From contig OZ251223.1 of the NCBI GenBank assembly GCA_965240325.2, positions 744,001-808,000 of the forward strand: DNA of 64,000 bases. Direction: 5' to 3'. This DNA comes from Rebecca billardiae RCC1528 (lineage: Eukaryota > Protista > Haptophyta). The notes beneath the pieces are model-generated. The model made no database searches. It worked only from the letters and a program-made list of their open reading frames with translations, and had not been told where the DNA came from. Made by a program: the position numbers and the translations under genes. Below are positions 32,027-44,215 of this stretch, one piece after another; the first letter of the stretch is position 1; each line of letters opens with the position of its first letter.

Positions 32027-35000
32027 TTAGCCGAGCCTCTGCTGCTGATGAGACGACTGCTGATGATGCCCGCCGCCGCCACAGTGATGGTGGTGATGAT
32101 GATGCTGCCCGTAGGCGTAGTCACGACGATGATGATGCGGATCCGCCGCCGCCGCCAAGTAAGGAGACCCTGCCATCACGATCGGGCGGCCGATGACGAC
32201 GGCACCCCCGGCTGCGCAGAGCCCGATGCCCGGGACGCTTGTGGCGGGCAGCACCTGCACCGCTGCCGCGCTCATGTTCGACGCGGAGCCGGAGGCCGCT
32301 GCCGACCCTACCAGGGCCGGGTAGCTCCTGTGCCCGTCAGCCGCGACACCGCGTGCGGGCGCGGCGTGCGGGATGCCCATCGCGCCGCCGTTGGCGTTGG
32401 TCGCGGCGAGGCCAGCGGGGAGCACGCCGTGGGCAGTGGCGGGGGGCGGCCCCGCGCTCGGCGCGCTCGCGAGCAGCGCGCTCGCCAGCGCCATGCTGCT
32501 CTCCATGCTCTCCTGCCGCACGCGCGTGAGCGTCGCCATCGCCGCGTACCAGACGGTCGCCTTGGCCTGCAGCTTGTCGCCCTTGAGGTGGTGAGCGCTC
32601 GGCAGCGCTCGGAACTCCTCGGCGAGGTCGAGGCAGCGGCCGGCGGACTCGGGCGAGACGAAGTCCATGGCGACCTTGATGCAGCCGCTCAGGTTGCGCA
32701 CCTGGTGCGCGCACCCGGCCGGGATGAGGACAAAGTCGCCCAGCCGCTGCACGAAGCGCCAGCCGACCACACCGTGCTGCTCGCGCAGCTCGCGCCGCAT
32801 CTCGGCGTCGAGATAGTAGCAGTGGTCGTGGATCGGGTGGCTCGGCGGCGGCTGCCCGAGCCGCGCGGCGCGCGCGCGGAGGTAGGTGCAGATCTTGTCC
32901 GAGTCCTCGTGCGCGTAGATGTCCCACACCGCGCCCTCGACCGAGCTCAGCTCGGCGAGCCCCTCCTCCTCCTCCTCCGCCTCCTCCTCCTCCTCGGGGT
33001 CGGCCTCGAGCTCGGCGGCGAGCTCGGGGTCGGCCGCGCCGCCCGCCGCGCGCGGCCGCGGCCGCGGCGGGCGCGAGGGCTCGTCGGGCGGCGTGTGCGT
33101 GTGCACGAGCAGGTTGAACGCGTCGGCGACGTCGCTGTGCAGGCACGTGTGGCCACCCTTGACGCGCTCGGCCGCACGCCACGCCCTGCGCCGGCCGTAC
33201 GCCGCGTACAGCTTGGGCCCGAGGTCGGGCGCGAGCAGCGCGTCGGGCAGGTGCGCCGCGAGGTTGAGCTCTCCGCGCGCGTGCGTGTACAGCTTGAACG
33301 GGAGCGCCGCCATCAGGTCGGCGAAGTGCGCCGGCAGCGAGTGGCGGAAGTGCGCGCTCGACGGCCAGTCGCGCAGCTTGAGCGCGCGCCGCGCGCGCGC
33401 GCCGCGCTCGGTCGCTCGCGCTTCGGCGTACATGTAGCCCTCGAAGAAGTGGCCGAGCGGCATGCTCGGCAGCGTAGCGCCCTGGCCGCAGCAGTCGACC
33501 ACCTGCGCGCGCGCACGCGGCGCGTGGGCGGCGCGCGCGCGGCTGAGCCCAGCGGCGCGGCGGCGCGGCGCGCGACCGCGCCCGCTCGCCCGCTCGCGCG
33601 CGCCGCCACGCGCAGTGGCGTGCAGAGGTGGCCCTTGACGCGCGCGCGTCGCATCGATGGCGGCGCGCGCGGCGCGCTGGCACCGCCGCCAGCGCGCGCA
33701 CGCTCGGCCGGACGCTGGCGCGGGCCACGCGCTGCGTGTGTGTGCCTTGCGCGCGCGCCACTGGACTGTCTGGCTGGCTGGAGCGCGCGCGCGCCCACGC
33801 GGCTGGCCGGAGCGCGCGGCGCGAGCGGAGCGCGCACCTGCACGGCCTCGTCGCCACAGGCGGAGACGAGCGTCTCGGGTGTCCACAGCTGGCGCAGGCG
33901 CACGTGGCCGCCCGGGCAGACGACGGGCTCGGCGCGGCGCCACGCGCTCGCAAACTGGCTGAGCCCAGCGACCGGCGGCAGCGCGAACGCGCGCCCCTCC
34001 GCCGGCGCGTTCAGCTTGCAGCCGAGCTCGGCCGCCGCGCGCGCGCTCGGGAAGATGATGTTCACCGGCCGCGGTGCGCGCGCGCGCGCCGAGAGCCACG
34101 GCCGCGGCACCGCTGCCTCCGCCGGCGTGCTCATCAGGCCGCGCAGCAGGGCGTCTACCGCCATCCGCGGCGGCACCGCCGCCCGGCAGCCCCCCCCTGC
34201 CACCGGCCCCGCGTGCGCACCGCCGCCCGCGCCGAGCGTGGACGGCGCAAAGCGGTTGGCTGCGCCCGCGTAGAGGGCGCCTGCGGGCGGGCGCGCCGAG
34301 CCGCTCAGCGGCCCGCTGGCACCGCCGGCATGCAGCGCGCGCGAGGCCCCGAGCGAGCAGCCCGCCGCGGCCGGCATGGCCATGGCTGAGTGCCCTCCGC
34401 CCACCGGCTGGCGCGCCGCTGGGCGCTGCTGCCGCCGGGGCTGTGCGCCCGGGGGCAGCGAGCGGGGCACGAGCAGCGGCGGCGCGGCCGAGCAGCTCGG
34501 CGGCGCGCGCGCGCACAGGTGTGCGCGCACCGCCTCGCCGAGCGCGGGCCCACGAGCCGCCTGCGCGCTCGGCTGCTCGAGTGGAGTGCCGCCGAGGGCA
34601 CGATGCGATGGCGGCGGCGCGCACGCCGGCGGTGGGCGCGGCTGCCACGCCGCGTGCTCGCAGCCCGACGCCCCGCCGAGGCTGCCGGGCGGCGCGCTAC
34701 ACTGCGCGGGCCGTGCCGCCGCGCCCTCCTCATACGGCCCGCCGGGCCAGTCCCCGAACGCGGCCCGCACGCCCTGCGCCATGTGCAGCCGCGCAAACTC
34801 GACGACTCCGTCGATGGCGTCCAGCACCTTCACGGCTCTGCCTGGGGGCAGCCGGCTGCCGCGGCGCGGGGGCGGGGGTGGGGGCGGGCGCGCTGAGCTG
34901 TGGCGCGCAAGGCGCCGCCCGGCGCGCGGAGGCGCGGCGGTGCGCGCGCGGCGCGCCGCGCGCACCGCCGCCTCTCAAAGCGGTGCGCGTGTGCGGGTGG

Positions 35001-36749
35001 CTCGGCCGCGGCGCGCCGCGCGCCCGCCGCCGCGTCGGCGCGCGCGAGGGCAAGCAGGGCGCGCGCCTCGCCCTCGGCGCCCGCGCCGAACCCGGCCTCC
35101 GCCGCGAGCACCTCGATGGCTGCGTGCACTTCGCACTTGCCGCTGCGCTGAAGCAGGCTGCGCGCGCACTCCGCGCACTCGGCGGGCGGCAGCTGCAGCG
35201 CCCACGGCTCGCACTGCCTCTGCGCGAGCGCGCCAACGGGGGGGCGCCACTGCGGCTGGGGCGGCGGCGGCGGCTGCGGCGGCCAGCGGGGCATCGCGTG
35301 CGCCGCGGCTGCGCCCGCGAGCTCGGCGGCGCGCTCCGCCGCGCCCGTCGCGTAGCACTCGTCGCACAGGTCGTGGCCGCACGCGCACGCCCAGTGCAGG
35401 TCGAAGATGCTCGTCTCGCACTGGTTGCACACGAGCCGGATGCCGGGCGAGAGCTCGACGAGCGGCGCGCGCTCCCACTCGTCGCACGCGAGCTCGGCGA
35501 GGCCGGCGACGCGCAGGATGACCGTCTGCAGGTGCGCGAGCAGGTAGCAGCACGAGACGAGCGCGTCGGGCAGCTCGGCGAGCTCGGCAGCCTCGGCCTC
35601 CGCGGCCGCGGCCGCGCTCGCGGCCAGCCGGTGCGCGGCCGCCTCCTCGTGCACCGGAGGCAGGCCGAGCACGGCGAGCCGCGCGTCGGCGTCGGGCGCG
35701 TCGAGCAGAGCGCTCCACTCCACCTCGAGCTGATGGCGCTCCAGCTCCACGTCGTAGCAGCACACGCGCTGGCCGAACGTGACGAAGCGCCACGGCGCGC
35801 GCGGCCAGCGCCCGCCGGTCCCGAAGCGCACGCTCACGAGTCGCACGGACTCGGCCGCAAAGACGGAGTAGATGTGTTGAGCGGGCGGCGCGGCGGGGCG
35901 CTCGGCGGGGAGGAGCTGCACCCGCCAGCTCGGCAGCTGCACCTCGAGCACGCCCGAGCGCTTGCCGTGCTGCCACATGTCGTACGTCTGCACGACGATC
36001 CGAGGCCCGCTGGGGAGGTCTGCCGCCGCGGGCTGGGCGCACCCTCCGGCGAGCTGCGCGGCGAGCTGGCCCGCGCCCGCGCGCTCGGCCGAGTGCGGGA
36101 ACGCGACGAGCACGCAGCCGGGGGCCCAGAGCGCCTTCTCCTCGTCGAAGAGCACGCTCACGAGCCTGCCCTTCAGCTCGGCGCCGCGCGCCATCCACAC
36201 CGAGCTGCAGTGCGCGTTTGCGCACGGCGCCGCGCGCTCGCCGTGCGCCGAGGTGCTCGGCTTGCCGCAGTACGGGCACAGGCCCGTGCCGCCCGGGACG
36301 AGGGCGGCGGCGACGGATGCCATGGCGCGCCGACTGGCCGCGCGATCGGCGAACTCGCCGCCCGCCTGCGCGCCCGGCGCCCCCAGGCCCTGCCGCGCGC
36401 TGCCGCCGATGAAGGGCCAACGCGGCGAGGCGCCATCGCCCGCGGCCGCCGAGGCGCACGCGCGGAAGTAGACGTCGACGATGTCCGCCGCGTTCTCGCG
36501 GAGCTCATCCATCGGCTCCCACGACGGCTCCTCGTACCCCACCCACTTCACCAGCGCCGACTCGAACAGCCGGCCGTGCCTGTCGTGCCTGAGGTCAGAG
36601 TCCAGGATGCACTCCACCTCGAAGAACTCGTCGTCGGCGCCGTCGTCAAGATCGACGTCGTCGCCGTCCGGCTCGGAGGGCGCGCCGGGGAGGAAGGCAG
36701 GGGACGCACTCCTCGCGCGCTTGCGAGCTCCGCTGCCCGTCCCCGCCAT
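32027..36749 (-). CDS. KDM3-type JmjC histone demethylase with N-terminal chromodomain, 3 exons
   Basis: Exons 36749-34966, 34837-33838 and 33502-32027. Chromodomain FEVECILD...LVKWVGYEEPSWEP; zinc finger CNQCETSIFDLHWACACGHDLCDEC; JmjC LKLRDWP, PDLGPKLYAAYG, HSDVADA and PAGCAHQVRNLSGCIKVAMDFVSPE. Confidence 0.9.
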
Positions 36750-38645
36750 CGGCGACGCCGCTGCCCGCCGCTCCCAGCTGCTGCGCCTTCCCGCGTGTCG
36801 CCCTGGCCCACACTTGGCCACTCCACTTCAGCGGACGAGAAGTCTCGAGTCGGAAAAAAGTAGTCAAGACAGTATTCAATATGCGGTACCAAGGGCCTTG
36901 GCGGTACCCCATAAAAGCAGACTCCCCAGTCCCCTGTCATCTCCCGCGCAGTCCCGCTTGAATATCATAGATCGGAGATGAGATCTCGCGGCGGAGATGA
37001 GATCTCAGATCATGGTTTAGGGTTAGGGTTTGCAATATTTCAACCCCTATCAGGGGTTAAAACGTTATTGCTGTTTAAAACTCAAGAACCGGATTCTCCG
37101 AATGAATAATTGTTCGGCGCCCGATGACGCGTCCGACTCGGTGGAGGAAAAATCTCGGTGCACAATTGCGCATGGCGGACGCGGCGCCGGCGACGACGAC
37201 GGAATTCGATTGCGGGCGTTGTGCGCTTTCCAACGATATTCCATGAGCCGGGGTCCCGACATACGGCGCGTATGCTATGATCGCTGCAAGTGAGCCTCTC
37301 TCTCACGTACACCTCCGGACCAGCCGGCTCGGGCGCTCGCTTGCCTGCGCCGTGTGCCGATGCAGAGGCAGAGGGTCGAGGCAAGGCCATCGGCAGGCCA
37401 AATGTCTAGGGAACAACGGACTGTGAGCTATCCGTAGCGATCTGTTCCGATTGAAGCGCGGCGCCACCCGATCAGCAAGCCAACACACCACATGATCCCT
37501 CCCGGGCCTCCCGGTGACGCCCCGCCATGTCCGAATGTGACTATGTCATATGTGTCTGCGGGCAGCCTCCACTCCGGAACTCACACCTCTGAAAATGCGC
37601 GACAATCGTCAGGGTGCAGTCTCGGCTCGCTCCGCGCAGCATGTCGTATCGCTCGTTGGCGCTGAGGCGGCCGCCTATCGTGAGACGTGAGTGCGCCGAG
37701 ACTCAACCTCGTACGGGTGGGTCCCTTACTCCCTTTGGCTTTATCATGCGCGCTGTGCCTTGATACTCGCCCCCTCTGGAGGCGGGCTGTCCACAGTGGA
37801 GTGGTGTCAAGGCGCTAGGTGTCTTGGTCAGTGGTTTGAGGTTGGGTGAGGGTGGTGGTTGGTTGGGGGCTGGCCAGGGTAGGGCTGGAGGCTTCGGCCG
37901 CCAGTCTGATCACCCGGAGCCCGTTATAAAGGGGAATTTAAAAACTTCAGAATCAAAGCTGAAGCAAGGAGGTGCTGAAGCTCGCGCTTGCTCATCCTCT
38001 TGATCCTCTTGTGAGTCATGATTTACAGATTGCCCGGTCGGGGTCACTCGGGGCGACAAGTCTGACGCACGCGTGCGAACTGCGAAGGCCGAAGGCGCGC
38101 GAAGCAAATCGCCCGAGCGATGCCCGCCATTCTACTGCCACCATGACGTGGGACTCGCGTGGGCCTCGGCTATTCCGCTTCCTGCCCGCATGGGCCAGGC
38201 CCTGTGGGATGTCGATCAGCTTCATGCAGCTCGGCGCTGTGTTCGCTGTCTCATCCTTGCTCCTCCGCGCAACACGCCCTGGGCCTGCTCAAGTGCCTCG
38301 CTAGGAGCGTGCTGGTGGCGTGCGGCGGCCCGACAGGCACCCTGCATGGGCTCAAGACACTGCTCGCGACCTCTTGCCGTCGCACGCACGCATTATCTGC
38401 ATTGCACAACAATGCGTTTCGTCCTGGTCGCCCCGGCGTCCTTCGGGCCTCGGTCGCATCCGCCCTGTCCACACACTTTCGGACCGGCGGGTTGTAGACC
38501 GTGTCAGTACTCAGTACTGTTAGTCGGGCACAAATTGTCTGCTGCATGTCGGACTCCGGATAACAGTTTATTGAAGAGGATGACCTCGGATCATGCGCGC
38601 AGCAAGTTTGACTTCGATATCTCGTCGTCATTGACTCTGATAGAG

Positions 38646-38805
38646 TCATGATGATGCGTTCAAAGGACCATCATCATCATCATCGTCGTCAGACGAGTGC
38701 ACTGACGACCGCGAAGCCTGCTTGTCATCACCCTGCTGCTCCCTCAGAATGCGCCGCCTCCGCTCGCGCGCGGCGGCCAGCACGGCTTCGAAGCCGAAAG
38801 CAAGT

Positions 38806-38837
<32 letters not shown>

Positions 38838-40532
38838 TCCGCTGCCGTCAGCGCTGGCAAAGCCATCGCCATCAGCCACAAACGTGTCGTCTGCGCCGCC
38901 CTCCGACGCCCGGGCGCATGCTGAGCCCCGCTCGCCGCCACCATTCGCGCCGAGCGCAGCGGCCGCGGTGGCGCGCAGCCTTCGGCGCGCCGCCTCCAGC
39001 TCTGCAGCGCTGCTCGGCGACGGCGGGGTAGCCAGTGCAGCGCGCGGCCGCGCCGGCCGAGCGAAGCTCGCGCTGCGCGTCCCCTTCCGGCCGGGTGCCG
39101 GCGCTTGCCCCGCTGTCGCTGACGGCCCGGCGCCGCCCGCCTCAGTCACGTGCGCGCCACCGCCGCGGGCCGCACCGTGCGCGGCAGCCAGCGCGTTCGC
39201 ACGGCTTGTGGCGGAGCGCGCGGCTGACGTGACGCGCGCGTGCTCCGTCCGAATCGCGCTCTCCCTCGTGCGCGCGTGCTCCAGCTCACTCAGAGCTGCG
39301 GCGAGCGCAGCCCGCGCCGCTTGCGCGTCGGCTGTCGCTGCCGCGCGGTCGGTGACTGTCGAGTGAAGGCGAGCGAGCAGCGCGCGCGCGCCTGTACGTG
39401 TGTCGCAGGGGGCGGCGGCGGGTGAGCGCGCGGGGCGGGCCACACCACGGATAGGGCGGAGCTTCACGGGCGCGTGCGCGCATGCGGGCGGCGCAGCCGC
39501 GGAGCGCGTACCGTTTTCAGCCGCCTCCGCGCGCGCGTCAGCGGCTGCGGCGCGCGCGTCTGCATCGGCTGCGCGCGCGACCGCGACGGTGCGCGCACGC
39601 TCGGCGCGGCGCGCGGCACCCTCCGCCGCGGCGAGCTTGTTCTCGAGCGCGACGACGCGCGACGGTGGCGGCGGCGACGGCGGCGGCGAGCGTGCGCGCC
39701 GCTCGGCGCGCGCCGCCGCCGCCGCCTCGGCCGCCGCACGCGAGTCACCGGTGGCGCCGTGCGCGCGGCCGTGGCTGCCGCCAAGACCAGCGCGCAGCGC
39801 GGCGCGCGCCGCGGCAGCGTCAGCGCGCGCCGCGTCGCGCTCCCCGATCGCGTCGGCCAGCTTCGCTGCAAGCTCCCCGCCGCGCGCGCCGCCCGCTGCG
39901 CCGCCCTGCGCCGCCCAGCCGCGCTCCACCTCCGCATGTGCGCGCGCGCGCGCGCGCGCCTGGCGCGCCTCCGCAGCCCTCTCGTCAGCGAGCGTGCGCG
40001 CGCTGGCCAGGGCGGACTCGAGTGAGGCGATGCGGGCACGGAGCGTGGTGGCCTCGGTGGTATTGGCCACTGGCGACGCGGGGCGGCTGCGCGCCGCCGC
40101 CGCCGGCGAGCGGCTGCCGTGCCGCGCGAGTGCCGCGCCGTGGCAGTGCGTGCACAGCCAGTGACCGCCACCACACGGCCACCCCGCACAGCTGCGGGCG
40201 GGCGGCGGCGCGGGCGCGCGGGCGGGCGAGGGCGAGCGGCAAGACGAGGCGGGCGAGTGCGGCCGTGGCGCGTGCGCCGCCGCTTCCGAGGCCGCCGCCG
40301 CCGCCGCGTCGGCCGCAGCGGATTCTGCGCGGGCGGCCGCGGCCGCGGCCGCGGCCGTTCGCGCCGCAGCATCGACATCGGGTGTGGCGGGAGCGGCGGT
40401 GGCGCGCGGGCGCGTGGTGGTGGTACGCGCCTGCGCGCCGCGTGCCGAGCGCACAGAGCGCGGCGTCGTCGTCGGGCTATGTGACCACGCGAGCAGGGAC
40501 GAGCCCGCCGGCGAGTGCAGCGGCGCCGCCAT
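38646..40532 (-). CDS. Hypothetical Ala-rich coiled-coil protein
   Basis: 628-aa ORF from ATG with coiled-coil segments (LRARIASLESALASA; VVALENKLAAAE) and a poly-Asp tail. Confidence 0.65.
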
Positions 40533-40595
40533 CGCTCAGATGATTTGAAATAGCAAGCGACCAACGGTCTCCTCGTCGGCAGTACGTACCCCGCG

Positions 40596-42176
40596 ATGGA
40601 GGGCGACGCCGCGGTGAGACTGCTCCGACGCCGGTCGGGGCGGGGCGACGCGCGTGCGACGTTCATGCTGGCGAGGCGCACCCAAATGGGCGACGGAGTC
40701 GCGCGTGACCTGCGCGAGGCGGCTCGCCTCTGCCGCATCGCCGCGGATCGTGGGCTCGCGGACGCTCAGGATTGGCTCGGCGAGCTCTACGAAGTGGGAC
40801 GGTACGGGTATGAGCAGGATCTCGAAGAAGCTGTACGCTGGTACCGGCTGGCGGCCGAGCAGGGCAGTGCAGGTGCGCAGGTCAATCTGGGCGTGTGCTG
40901 CTCGAAGGGCATGGGCGTGCCGCAGGATCTGGCCGAGGCGGCGCGCTGGTGCCGGCTGGCGGCCGAGCAGGGCCGCGCAGATGCGCAGTACAATCTGGGC
41001 GTGTGCTGCTCGACGGGCGAGGGCGTGCCGCAGGATATGGCACAGGCGGCGCGCTGGTACCGGCTGGCGGCCGAGCAGGGCCACGCAGATGCGCAGTTCA
41101 ACCTGGGCGTGTGCTGCTCGAAGGGCATGGGCGTGCCGCAGGATGAGGCCGAGGCGGCGCGCTGGTACCGGCTGGCGGCCGAGCAGGGCCACGCAGACGC
41201 GCAGTTCAATCTGAGCGTGTACTGCGAGAAGGGCGAGAGTATGCCGCAGGACATGGCAGAGTCGGCGCGCTGGTGCCGGCTGGCGGCCGAGCAGGGCCAC
41301 GCAGATGCGCAGTTCAACCTGGGCATGTGCTGCTATAAGGGCGAGGGCGTGCCGCAGGATATGGCACAGGCGTCGCGCTGGTACCGGCTGGCGGCCGAGC
41401 AGGGCCACGCAGATGCGCAGTTCAAGCTGGGCTTGTGCTGCTATAAGGGCGACGGCGTGCCGCAGGATATGGCACAGGCGTCGCGCTGGTACCGGCTGGC
41501 GGCCGAGCAGGGCCACGCAGATGCGCAGTTCAAGCTGGGCATGTGCTGCTATAAGGGCGACGGCGTGCCGCAGGATAAGGCCGAGGCGGCGCGCTGGTGC
41601 CGGCTGGCGGCCGAGCAGGGCCACGCACATGCGCAGTTCAACCTGGGCATGTGCTGCTATAAGGGCGACGGCGTGCCGCAGGATAAGGCCGAGGCAGTGC
41701 GCTGGTTCCGGCTGGCTGCCGAGCAGGGCGATACAAATGCGCAGAACAACCTGGGCGTGTGCTGCCAACGAGGCGAGGGCGTGCCGCAGGATATGGCCGA
41801 AGCGGTGCGCTGGTACCGGCTGGCCATCGACGGCGGCGCGCCAGAAGCCCACATGGCATTGGCGCGCCTGCTGCTTGCAGGCGCGGCCGTGCAGCGCGAC
41901 GTGGCGGAGGGAGTGCGGCTGCTGCGCCGCGGGCACGAGCTTGACGGCTCCGTGGTGGATCCGAGCAAGGTGCTCGGCGACTTTGCCGGAGATCGCGAAG
42001 TGGCCGCTGCGTGCTGCATGGTGTGCGTCAAGTCAGGCCGTGGCGTGAAGAAGTGCGAGCGGTGCCACGTAGCGGTCTTCTGCTGCCGCGAGCACCTGCG
42101 GCGCGCGTGGCGGGTGCACAAGCCGCACTGCACCGAGTGGACGCGCAGCGCTGCATCATCGTCGTCAAATGAATGA
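40596..42176 (+). CDS. Sel1-like repeat protein with C-terminal MYND zinc finger
   Basis: About 11 36-aa SLR units (W.RLAAEQG...AQ.NLG.CC..G.GVPQD); MYND motif CMVC...CERCHVAVFCCREH...WRVHKPHC. Confidence 0.92.
   Translation: MEGDAAVRLLRRRSGRGDARATFMLARRTQMGDGVARDLREAARLCRIAADRGLADAQDWLGELYEVGRYGYEQDLEEAVRWYRLAAEQGSAGAQVNLGVCCSKGMGVPQDLAEAARWCRLAAEQGRADAQYNLGVCCSTGEGVPQDMAQAARWYRLAAEQGHADAQFNLGVCCSKGMGVPQDEAEAARWYRLAAEQGHADAQFNLSVYCEKGESMPQDMAESARWCRLAAEQGHADAQFNLGMCCYKGEGVPQDMAQASRWYRLAAEQGHADAQFKLGLCCYKGDGVPQDMAQASRWYRLAAEQGHADAQFKLGMCCYKGDGVPQDKAEAARWCRLAAEQGHAHAQFNLGMCCYKGDGVPQDKAEAVRWFRLAAEQGDTNAQNNLGVCCQRGEGVPQDMAEAVRWYRLAIDGGAPEAHMALARLLLAGAAVQRDVAEGVRLLRRGHELDGSVVDPSKVLGDFAGDREVAAACCMVCVKSGRGVKKCERCHVAVFCCREHLRRAWRVHKPHCTEWTRSAASSSSNE
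40835..41825 (+). repeat. 108-bp near-identical coding tandem repeat (9 AAEQG units)
   Basis: cggctggcggccgagcagggc recurs with a 108-bp period. Confidence 0.93.
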
Positions 42177-42519
42177 CGACTACTGCTGATGCAGGTCTGA
42201 GCCGGCGCCGGCCGCACTCACCCCGACGCTCAGTCAGAATCAGAGTCTCAGAGTCAGAGCACTCGGAGCAGGGACGCGCTACGGGTACTGCGGCCCGTAC
42301 AGCCGTACTGCTCCGTGCTCGGAGTCGCGCGTCGTAGCAGCGTGCATATGATGCGCGCTGCTTATTATTAATCGCCTCAGAAGCGCAGACTGCTAATAAC
42401 TATAGTCTCAGAGCTTTTTGCGCCAGCCGGCGCGCGGCGGACATACGCGTCATCAGCCTGAATTAACTTCTATGTATATATATAGCTAATTATAGCTTAC
42501 TGATGACTAATATATATAT

Positions 42520-44215
42520 GAGATAATGTCAGCTGTATTGCCGTTTTGGAAAGTGTGGTCAGGTGTATTGCCAAACGCACGTTTTGACTACCTTGGTCAG
42601 TTGTATTGCCGTTTTCCATGTTTGGGAATCACGTGTCAATCTTGTTGCCAACGTCGAATACTTGTGTCAGGTGTATTGCCGTGGATGATGGCCCAATACT
42701 TTGTCCAGCTGTATTGCCGTCGCGTAGTGTGGGTCAGTTGTGTTGCCGTTTGCGCATCTTTGATTCAGGTTTGTTGCCGCGATCGCCCACGCGCTGATGA
42801 TGGCGCTGGCGCCCATGCGCCGCCGGCGTGCCCTTGAGCAGGCCTAGCTGATCCCAGGCCAGAAGAGTGACGTTCAACGACGACGATCTCTGCCGGGGTA
42901 GCGCCGTGTTCCTCGACATCATCAAGCCGAACGACGAGCTGAACCGTGGACCGGAATGGCGGAATCTGCACAAACGCTGCCGGATGCGCGCGCAGTGCAA
43001 CACGCGCGTGCACCTCGGGCTACTCGCCGTCTACGCGGAGACGGGCGAGAATCCGTCGCGACTTCTATCGAATCGGCGTTGCTCCGTGCTCACTTCGACT
43101 CCGGGACCGTCAAGCGCGCAGTCGATGACATTGCGACGGCAGCGCATGCAGGTGCATGCGTGAAGCAGGGTGAGCATGTGTTGCTGCGCCCCGATTCGCG
43201 GGAGTCGAACGTGCACGACGGGCGTGTGCTCTTCAACGGCCTCAAGGAGCTTGACCAACGCGACGCGCGTCCCCCTCACTGCCTGCCATCGACTGTCATT
43301 CACACCGTGGCGATCAACCAACGCGCGTCGCTCTCGCTCGTGCAACACTGCTGGCGCGTGCCTTTTTGCGATTGTCATCACTCCAACAGCAGACTGCCCT
43401 GTGGCCAACCGTGTGCAGGTGGCTGACCGTGCGCCAGTCGCACTCGTCAACGCGGGCTGATTGGCCCGTGGAGGAGGAAGTCCAAGGCGTACTGCCAGCT
43501 GGGACACAACGCACCGACCGGCGGGCGGTGCGCCGCGCGTGCCTCGACGAGCCAGCAAGCAGGAGGGGCAGGCGACGCTTCCTGCTGCTGCTGGAACCCG
43601 AGTGGCAGGCTTGGCGAGCGCGGTCGCAGCTTGAGGCGGCGCGTGCAGCGGCATGGGACGCGATGCGGCTCACGTGGCCGCTGAAGTAGCAGCAGTCCCG
43701 ATGGCGCTGGCGGCCGGCCGCAGGCGGGCGGCAAGCGCGACGGCGACGGGAAGCGCCGACTGCTACTGGAAGTCAAGATGAGCTACGCAGGCCACATGAT
43801 GATGGCATGTCGGTTGGTTGCAGGCGCGTATCCTGCATGCCGCGCGCAGGCAGTCGCAGCTCTGCACGCACGCGCACACGGGCTGCGCGAGTCTCTTGCC
43901 TGAGTGCGAGTCGTGCCCCAGCCACCAGCTGCTGGCGGCAATACAACTGACACATAGTTATGGAAAGGGCAATATTTCTGAGCAGACTATGTTCAAGCTC
44001 GAAAACGGCAATATTCGTGAACCAAGTAGTGTGAAAGGGTCATTGGTTTGAAACCAGTATTTGAGGGGCAATATTGTTGACACACTATCCAAAAGCGGCA
44101 ATATTCTTGACCCATACTACTGAAAACGGCAATACAACTGACCACGGTAGTCATAAAGTGCTTTTGGCAATACAACTGACCACACTATCCAAAGCGGCAA
44201 TACAACTGACGTCGG

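Noticed and set aside
42526-42780. CRISPR-like array of 15-nt repeats with short unique spacers
   Set aside because: Repeats are short and degenerate, mirrored in inverted orientation at 43935-44212, and there are no cas genes in this eukaryotic context. They are transposon subterminal repeats.
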